From NCBI GenBank assembly GCA_044231675.1, contig CM094664.1, positions 14,168,162 through 14,232,161 of the forward strand: 64,000 nt of DNA. The letters run 5' to 3'. Position 1 is the first letter of the stretch. Every line of letters starts with the position of its first letter. A program made the position numbers and the translations under genes. The notes under the pieces are model-generated. The model had not been told where the DNA came from. It did no database searches and saw only the letters and a program-made list of their open reading frames with translations. Positions 54,004 to 64,000 of the stretch are shown piece by piece. Source of the stretch: Synchiropus picturatus (Eukaryota).

Positions 54004-54799
54004 TGCTAGCGAGCTCAGCCTCACTGTGTGACTGGAACATATCAGAATCAGAATTTTATTTTTTTATTGCCAAGGTGAGTGAGGATCCCACCAACCAGGA
54101 AAGTGCTTTGGAACAACGTGCAATAATGAACAAAACGTAATAATAATAAGAATAATGATAAGAATAATAATAAACAGAAAAATACAAGAGATATCGAGAC
54201 ACATAATATTGCCGGTGAGGTGAGGAGAGGATTTTTAGGATTCAAATGAATGTAAATGGATTCAAGGGGTAAAAGCAGCGAGCAAACCCTTTATCAATTT
54301 TATTGTATTATTTATAAAACCTCATGAATATTTACCGCCTTCATTTACAACAGCGTGACGAGGGAACTGTGCTTGTCCTGGAACTTTCCTGAATTCTGCC
54401 AGAGGGGACTGAAGAGTATAAAACTTGTTATATATTGTTGTATATTGTTGCATGTTCGGAGCGAACGAATACTTGTCAGCTGTCGCCGTTTCCCGCGGCT
54501 GCTGCAGCTCTGGCGCCACCTGCAGGTCAAACGTCGCATTCTCACTTGTATCCTCTGCCCACGACCTCCAGAGGTCACGTGATCGTCCGGCTGAGGATCG
54601 GTAAGATGGATGAACGGCTGAGTGAATGAATGGGTGAACGTGACAACACTCAGATCCCGCTCAGGTGAGCGCCACCTCACTGTCAACAAGACACGAGCGC
54701 CTTCATGTGGCGGAGTAGCGTACTGGACCAGAACAAGCGACTGAAAAGTAAACACAAGTTAAATGACTGACTCGGCAATGACGTCATAATACTTTTTTT

Positions 54800-56885
54800 T
54801 ATTGTGACAGGGAGTCATAAAAATGGAGAGAACTAAATACAATAGAAAAAGGAGGGCTGTGGATGTACAGAGGGACGACAGACGGGTGCAGCGCTCGACG
54901 GTTGGCACAGAAAAGGAACACTTGAATTTGGCTTCAGAAATAACTATAAAAAAGAGGAGCAACGTCTTCATCACAAGATCCTTCATCAAAACATGCTTTG
55001 TAAAATCACAGGGTTTCAGTAGCTTCATAACAAAGATGCACACGCAACACGTCCATCTGTGGCGTCGACAGGCCGAGTACATGTTCCAGATTTTTAGAGC
55101 TTTTTTTTATGTTTTTAAGACGAGCACTAAACAACTGGCCCGTCTCCAGGATGCTTTTCATACTAAAATATATTATCGTATCAAGTCGACTACAAGTTCA
55201 CTACACTGTAATAAATAACTCGACAGAAAATATAAAAATAAAAACATAAATATGAAAAAAAAAGCGACTAAAACTGTGAAATTAATACTGACAACAACAA
55301 AAAAAAAAACGGTACAAAACCATGAAAACACTGGTTGGTAAACTGTTCACTCGTGTTTGTTCCCAAAAATTTTATTTTATTTATTTAATTTTTAAACATT
55401 CATAACAATGTAATTTATTTTCAGATAGATTTGTGACACTTTTACCCATATTTTGCAGCAGTTATTTTTAGTTTGATTTTTATCTATTTAAAATATTTTT
55501 TGCGAAAATAGCTTTTGTTCTTTTCATCTCGAAATAATTCAATTTCCAATTTCTTTCTTTCTTATATTATAATGCCACAATCGATGCTCCTCAAGGATCA
55601 TTGGGAAATTTTTCATCACAGTGCAACTTCTCTGATTTTTTTCTGAAGACATTCTTCAAAATAAAACCCTGAAAACTCACTGTTATTTTAAAATTCATGT
55701 ATAAAATTGGAGTCAAGGTTTGGTCTGGCATCTCCTCACGTTGAATATGTTTATTATTTTTTATTATTAGAAATAGAAATCAAAGCGAAACAAATGGCAC
55801 ATCATTTATTTACACTAACCTTTGGTGTTGTGTTAGTGGAGGAGCCACAGAGGTCAAAGCACAAACATGACTTTTAATCTTCTCTGAAACCAAATTATTT
55901 CATGTAAAAAAAGAGGGACAAAACACTTACACGCTTCAGTAAAAGTTATTAGTGAACCTAAAAACATGATCACTCACATAATATTTCATTTTATTTTAAA
56001 GCTGCAGAAAATAATGACCATCATTCATCTGCACTTTGGATCACCACAGGGGGCGCTGCTCGTCCCACAGTGCAAACGTGAAAACTCATTTTTTTTCGAA
56101 GAAGCAAAGGTGGATGTGACAGTGGTTTGATGAAAGCGAGGGAACAAACATGAGTGAACGTGGGTAACAGACAGCGGCTACACGCGACAGAAACACTGTT
56201 CAATGGCACTTTAACAGCACACCGGTCTTGCATAAGGCTGGAGGCGTCGCGCGGCTCCTCGCTTCAGACCAACCCGGCGACATCCGGAGCATGTTACGAA
56301 GAGGCGCATGGGTTTTTTTTCAGAGCCAAAGACGCCCCCTGCTGGCTTTTGACTTCCCTGATAGGACTGATTTGGTGATACTGAAGCCGCGGTCACGTCC
56401 CGCCCCTCCCTCCCCGCCCCTCCCTCGTTTAAGGCTAACAGTCAACTAAAACGGTCGCTAGCAAAAGGCTACACAGTCGACGACGTGTCGCTAGCGGTAA
56501 CACGCGAGTAACACTGAAGGGCGTACGTGTATCCGCACAGGAATACTGTAGTGCACAGGTTTGTTCGTAGAACTCAATAAAATACTGATTCTCGGAGACA
56601 TTGGCAATAAAAAGGTTTAGAAATAACTTTACAGGTTCCGATCTAAAGGTTAGTAACACTGACGCCATGACAAACAAACAACCGTCTCAGTAACTAACAA
56701 AGTTTAAAATCTTCTATAAACAATTTTAACACTGATATTTTTGTTAAACTTCACAAGGAAAAAAAAAAAGGATGTTTTTTTTTTTTTTCTCTTTTTCGTT
56801 TTCAGGCACGCCGGGGTGTTTGTACACAGTAGTGGACCGTTTTGGACCAGGCGGCGCCGGAGTCCCACTCACCAGCCCAGGAGGT
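54800..56885 (-). other. zeb1: 3'UTR of the ZEB1-like gene (minimum extent to 55284 from miR-200 sites; poly(A) site not fixed; candidate AATAAA on the - strand near 54797-54802 and around 55370)
   Basis: Region downstream of the TGA at 56886-56888 on the - strand. It contains 8 perfect miR-200 family 7-mer seed matches. Confidence 0.6.
55284..56734 (-). promoter_or_regulatory. Cluster of 8 miR-200-family seed matches in the ZEB 3'UTR. mRNA-sense CAGUGUU (miR-200a/141) at + coordinates 55327, 56192, 56510, 56655 and 56728; mRNA-sense CAGUAUU (miR-200b/c/429) at 55284, 56542 and 56581.
   Basis: The + strand carries AACACTG five times and AATACTG three times within about 1.45 kb. The random expectation for 7-mers at this density is far lower. 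The ZEB1/ZEB2-miR-200 feedback loop is established biology. Confidence 0.75.
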
Positions 56886-57521
<636 letters not shown>

Positions 57522-58011
57522 TCACTGACTTTGATTATCTGTTACTGACTCCCAGGTTAGCAATAAGAGTCTAATCTAAAACTTGTCATGACTCTAGTCT
57601 CCACCAGAGGGCTCCCTCTGGACTCTCAGGGAAGCACTTGTTTCTTGGAGACTCAGCAAAGTCAACAGGAATAGAATGAAAACTGTGTGGAGTCCAACAG
57701 ACCTGAGTGAGTCCTACAGACTCGCACTGATACACAGGAAGTAACAGCGACCGTTTCAAGCAATCCTACTGTAAAGCTTTGGGCAAACAGAAGTTCATGT
57801 TTGCAGAGTATTATACTTGTCCACATGGCGGTGCCAGAGCGCAAATGAACCTGCTTGAAGAGTCGACTCATCCTCTAAATGCCTCAGGAAGCTTCATGTC
57901 ACCATCACTACTGTTGACCAGCACACATTCCCCTCCATCTTAAGCATCTGTGACTAGTGAGTTCCGTCTTCAGCTCAGAGAGATTTTCATCCAACACAAG
58001 GGCGTCAGTAC

Positions 58012-58189
58012 CTGTGTGTTCGTATTTGTGTCGCAGCAGGGAGCTGCCCTTCATGAAGACCTTGGAGCAAAGGTCGCAGGGGAAGATGCCGTTCTCCAGC
58101 CGCCGCTTCTTACAGGGAGAGTCCTGGTCGCTCTGCTCGTCCGGCGCCGGTGAAGCCTGCTCTGAGTTGGTGTCTGGCTTCTTCTCCAC
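58012..58189 (-). CDS. zeb1: ZEB1-like exon: first C-terminal zinc finger (VEKKPDTNSEQ...[34 protein letters not shown])
   Basis: ctgcAG acceptor, GTACTG donor on the - strand. Matches ZEB1 [36 protein letters not shown]. Confidence 0.9.
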
Positions 58190-58265
58190 CTGCAGACAAA
58201 TCCATCCATCAGACACACACCACCACATCAGCTACAGTGACCCAGGAACGTGTTGGGATTCTGAC

Positions 58266-60436
<2,171 letters not shown>

Positions 60437-60680
60437 TTAGCGGCTTGTTAGCAGACTGATGCCAGGCATGTCACACCTGGCCAGGTGTTGTTGTCGCCAA
60501 ACATAGCGGCCTCATCCACGTGTTAATGTGCTCTGGGACGTCTGAATCGAATCTGCCGGGACGTTTCTGGGTGTAAAATCTCAAGGGGGACCCTCTGTGT
60601 GATTTATTTGTTGGCAGTGAAAGTCCACCGAATACCGGACGCTAAGCTATGAACAGAACAGCCTTGCATCGCAGACTGAC

Positions 60681-60886
60681 CTGCTGCTGCTTGTTGCCAC
60701 GGTGATGGCTCATGTGGCGCTCCAGCTGCGAGCGGTAGGTGAAGGTGTAGCTGCAGTGCGAGCAGCTGTAGTTGTCGTCGCTGGTCTCGTGCCGGAACTT
60801 GATGTGGTCCTTCAGAGAGGCGTGGCGCTTGTAGCCGCGCGAGCAGAAGGGACACACGTGCAGCTGCGAGAAAGAGTCCGGCGTTC
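60681..60886 (-). CDS. zeb1: ZEB1-like exon: zinc finger 1 ([68 protein letters not shown])
   Basis: cacAG acceptor, GTCAGT donor. Matches ZEB1 [67 protein letters not shown]. Confidence 0.9.
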
Positions 60887-61472
60887 CTGTGGCACAGAGA
60901 CGCTCGCCGTCACACGGACATCTCAGTTCTCACTGGTCCAGTCTCTTGATCGCTGGATATTTAAACTGGAATTCTTATTTTGGTGAATTGAAACACTAAA
61001 AAGTATTGAAATCCAGCAGTAAAAAGACTTTTTTTAATGTAAACTTTTAATGAAAATAATGAATACACTCCAGTATTTTTTGTAATTAAAGATATTTAAC
61101 ATTTTATTATTTATGTATGTTCTACCTGGCTGTTGAAATAATATAATTTCAGCAGCATACATTCTAAAGCTTTCTTGTCTTTGATTGATTCACAAACATT
61201 TTCGTATAAAAAAAGGAATTCACCTTTAAAGTCCTCTGCTCTCATCTTAAATAAGTATCTGTCAAATTATTCACTTCCTTTTATTAAATTAAAATAGACT
61301 ACTGTTACTTACTTAAAAAAATCATATACTACTTCATAAATCTCATGGGTTGTAGCTGACATTCTTAACTCGGCATTGACACGGAGAAGCGTTTACATTC
61401 TTCTTCTTTGCATATCAATGACTTGTTATTCAGACAGAACCACCAGAGCTCTTCGCTCAACTCTGTTCTCAC

Positions 61473-61661
61473 CGTTTTCATCTGCTCCTCCGGTCTCAGC
61501 GGGACTCTGCTCGTCTTCAGGAGCTTCAGGGTAGATGATGGCCGTGTCTGCCTGCTGCAGAATCTCCTCCACCAGAGAGTCCTTCACATCCTTCTCCACT
61601 TCCTCGTCCTCCTCTTCGTCCTCCTCATCGTCCTCTCCCTCAGACAAACTCTCTTTCTTCA
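61473..61661 (-). CDS. zeb1: ZEB1-like exon: acidic N-terminal region (KKESLSEGEDDEEDEEEDEEVEKDVKDSLVEEILQQADTAIIYPEAPEDEQSPAETGGADEN)
   Basis: ttcAG acceptor, GTGAGA donor. The core matches ZEB1 [35 protein letters not shown]. Confidence 0.85.
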
Positions 61662-62826
61662 CTGAATAGGAGACAAATTATGACAGAGGAGCAAGATTTA
61701 AAATACAGCTTCAAGTCTCACAAGCTCTATACTGGAACAAAACTTTTTTTTTTCCCAAAAAATGCAACATTTTTCTTCCTTTGCTGCGGTAACGCCACTC
61801 TATTCATTCACACAAAGTAAATTCCTGGTATTAAAAGTCGTAAAAACCATTTCTGAGACTGAACCAAGCGGGAATAAAGCGTTTTAATAAGGCATTTAAA
61901 CTCAATAAAAGAGCATTTTCAGTAATAAAAGCGGCACTTTTGTTCCGTGAATATTGGCTGCTTTATAAGGTACCGCCACTAGATGGGGTGCAGGCTCCAT
62001 AATATACATAAAATACAGTTTACTTTCTGTTATGAACAATTACACAACGAAACAATGCAACACATGAATAAAACATAATTAGAAAATGGTAACTAATTTT
62101 TATTGTCTCTACCTACACTGCCAAGATGGAACCGATAATGACGTTTAAAATAAAAATTAATAAAAAAAAATGTGTTGGTATTTTGATATAAAGTCACACT
62201 CAAAGTGGTGAAACAGTAAAGGGAATAAATTGCAATTGGAGATACGAACTGCCTTTGTTTGTTTGTTTCTACCCGGAATATCAACAACGGAATGATAATT
62301 ATGTTTTTTTAAATATTAGTAAAGTGTATCATAAAAAAATGATATATAAGGGGTGGGACTGAATTGACACTTAATAAACATAAAAGGTATAGGAACTTAA
62401 CAGATAGTATGTGCCAATAAAATCATGCATAAAATGTTCTTTTTATAAGGTGCCATTATTGTGTAAGTGAAGAGACTCCATGGCAGGTTTACAGGGTCGT
62501 AAGTGTTTTCAGATGTCACACACTTGCAGCAGCAGGCTCAGCTGTTTCAGTATGAAGATGTCGGCTTCTGGCAAATCCGAGGGAACAGCTTACAGCTGTA
62601 AACATCCTCCTCCACAATCCCTTTATACCTCTCCCACAATACATGTTCGCCCCCAAGCTTTTCTTTTTTCCAACTTTCATTTTCTCCTCCCCCCTCTGAT
62701 CCCCTCCTCCCTCTTTCACCAACTGATACACTTCTCTGCATATTTTCCCACCAGAGTGAAAAACCTCACCGTCAAGACCAGAAGAGAAACACACGTGTGG
62801 GACATCAGAGTGGAATGAAAACAGGA

Positions 62827-62850
62827 TACACACACACACACACACACACA
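62827..62850. repeat. (AC)12 microsatellite
   Basis: Direct read. Confidence 0.95.
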
Positions 62851-63527
62851 CTCAGTGCTGCTCTCTACCTTGCCAGAACCCGTCACTGTGAATTCGCTCA
62901 GACTTTACGAGGCGAGATGGATCGGTGCTGCAGTGCGGGCCAGACTGCAGAACCATCCACCAAAAATCTCGTGAAATATTTCAGCTCAGCAACTTTCCCT
63001 GTCGCTCCCTCGACACGCTCTCGCCTCAGATTCATGTCTGTCAGGGAGGGAGGACAGGTGTGGAGCAGGTATGAGGGGGAGGCTGGGGAGGAGGTGGCTT
63101 CAACAGGCTCTGGAAACATCACAGAAGCGCAACCTTCCACCCAGCTAGAGCCTCCATTTAAACTCTGTATTAAAAAAATCTTTCCAAAAAAAAGATGGCA
63201 TCATCAAGTTACTAAAAAAAAAACCAAAAATGGAACATTATAAAGTTGATGACAAAAGGATTAAAGTCAACTTTGTGGGGGGAGATCACAAAAAATGATT
63301 TTAAAAATTCCAAAAAAGAAGGGAAAAAAACCCATATGACCATTACAATACAAGCCACAAAGTGACACTCTCTATTTGGACGAGGCCTTACATGGTCTCT
63401 GCTCCCACCTCTCCTGTGCGGGATGTTGACTCACCTTCTCCCGGCTTCAGGAAGTGTGTGTTCACCTGTCAATCAATCAAGTCTGCTGACACCGCAGCTT
63501 CAGAAGGCTTCAGTGCTGCAGAGCATC

Positions 63528-63530
<3 letters not shown>

Positions 63531-63564
<34 letters not shown>
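63531..63564. repeat. (GT)17 microsatellite in a ZEB intron
   Basis: tgtgtgtg... run read directly. Confidence 0.95.
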
Positions 63565-63568
<4 letters not shown>

Positions 63569-63855
63569 CCTGACACGAGGAGCAGCTTCCAGTTTCAGTC
63601 GACACAGGTATCAGAAGCTCAGAAGCTCATCTTTCATCGGCTGTCAAACTTTTTTTGTTCACCACCTCAGTGATTGTGGCTTTTTGCTTCTTTACCCAGT
63701 AGTTTTCTGTCAGAATCCACTTTCTTACTTCACTACACGTGTAATTCACGTGCTGTGACTGACGGGGAGACTCATGATGGCTGAAACAGGAAGTTGTCCT
63801 CTACTCTCTCACGTGAGCTTCACGGCCGCAGACACCCCGTCTATTCACGTCCTAC

Positions 63856-64000
63856 CTTTGGTCCAGGTCCCGTTGACGGGTAGCACTCGGGCGGTGGCGG
63901 CGGCGGTGTCCTTGGCGGCCCCCTCCTCGGTGTCCGGCGGACTCTTGCTAGACTCCTGGTCCTCCTCCACGATGTGTAGCTTGTCGTCATCGTCGGAGTC
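63856..64000 (-). CDS. zeb1: ZEB1-like N-terminal exon, truncated by the window edge (DSDDDDKLHIVEEDQESSKSPPDTEEGAAKDTAAATARVLPVNGTWTK), GTAGG donor at 63855
   Basis: Matches ZEB1 SDSDDEDKLHIVEEESVTD...QTVLPG. The reading frame is open to the window end. Confidence 0.7.

Noticed and set aside
63423-63758. 111-aa + strand ORF through the (GT)17 microsatellite
   Set aside because: Translation of a dinucleotide repeat (CVCVCV). Not coding.

Overview
This 64 kb window is vertebrate nuclear DNA, with a teleost-like profile: compact introns, many (GT/CA)n microsatellites and CpG islands at gene 5' ends. I saw no prokaryotic content, and no CRISPR, rRNA or bona fide tRNA genes. Two protein-coding genes sit tail-to-tail. 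(1) A complete contactin-associated protein-like gene (Caspr/CNTNAP family, most similar to Caspr2 by recalled sequence) on the + strand from 1161 to 43465. It has 24 coding exons whose splice phases all agree, and the CDS sums to 3909 nt (1302 aa plus stop). The domain order is signal peptide, discoidin, LamG, LamG, EGF, fibrinogen-like, LamG, EGF, LamG, transmembrane helix, and a cytoplasmic tail ending in KEYFI. (2) The 3' two-thirds of a ZEB-family zinc-finger/homeobox gene on the - strand, ZEB1-like by recalled motifs. It comprises seven exons between 56886 and 64000 plus a long 3'UTR, and the 5' end lies beyond the window edge. One internal exon was not located. The 3'UTR carries eight perfect miR-200-family seed matches. 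The 11 kb between the genes holds a 45-bp minisatellite that is open in both strands, a complex short-motif satellite, three CpG-rich blocks that could be unannotated promoters, and dispersed GAGTCA-rich and GCTAAC/GTTAGC-rich short repeats. Several unique, motif-dense noncoding blocks in the CNTNAP-like introns look like conserved regulatory elements. One of them, 400 bp downstream of exon 1, carries a 16-bp perfect palindrome containing a full CRE next to an octamer motif. I found no novel biological system in the defence-island sense. The interesting signals are regulatory and repeat architecture. All protein identities rest on my recall of family sequences, not on a database search.
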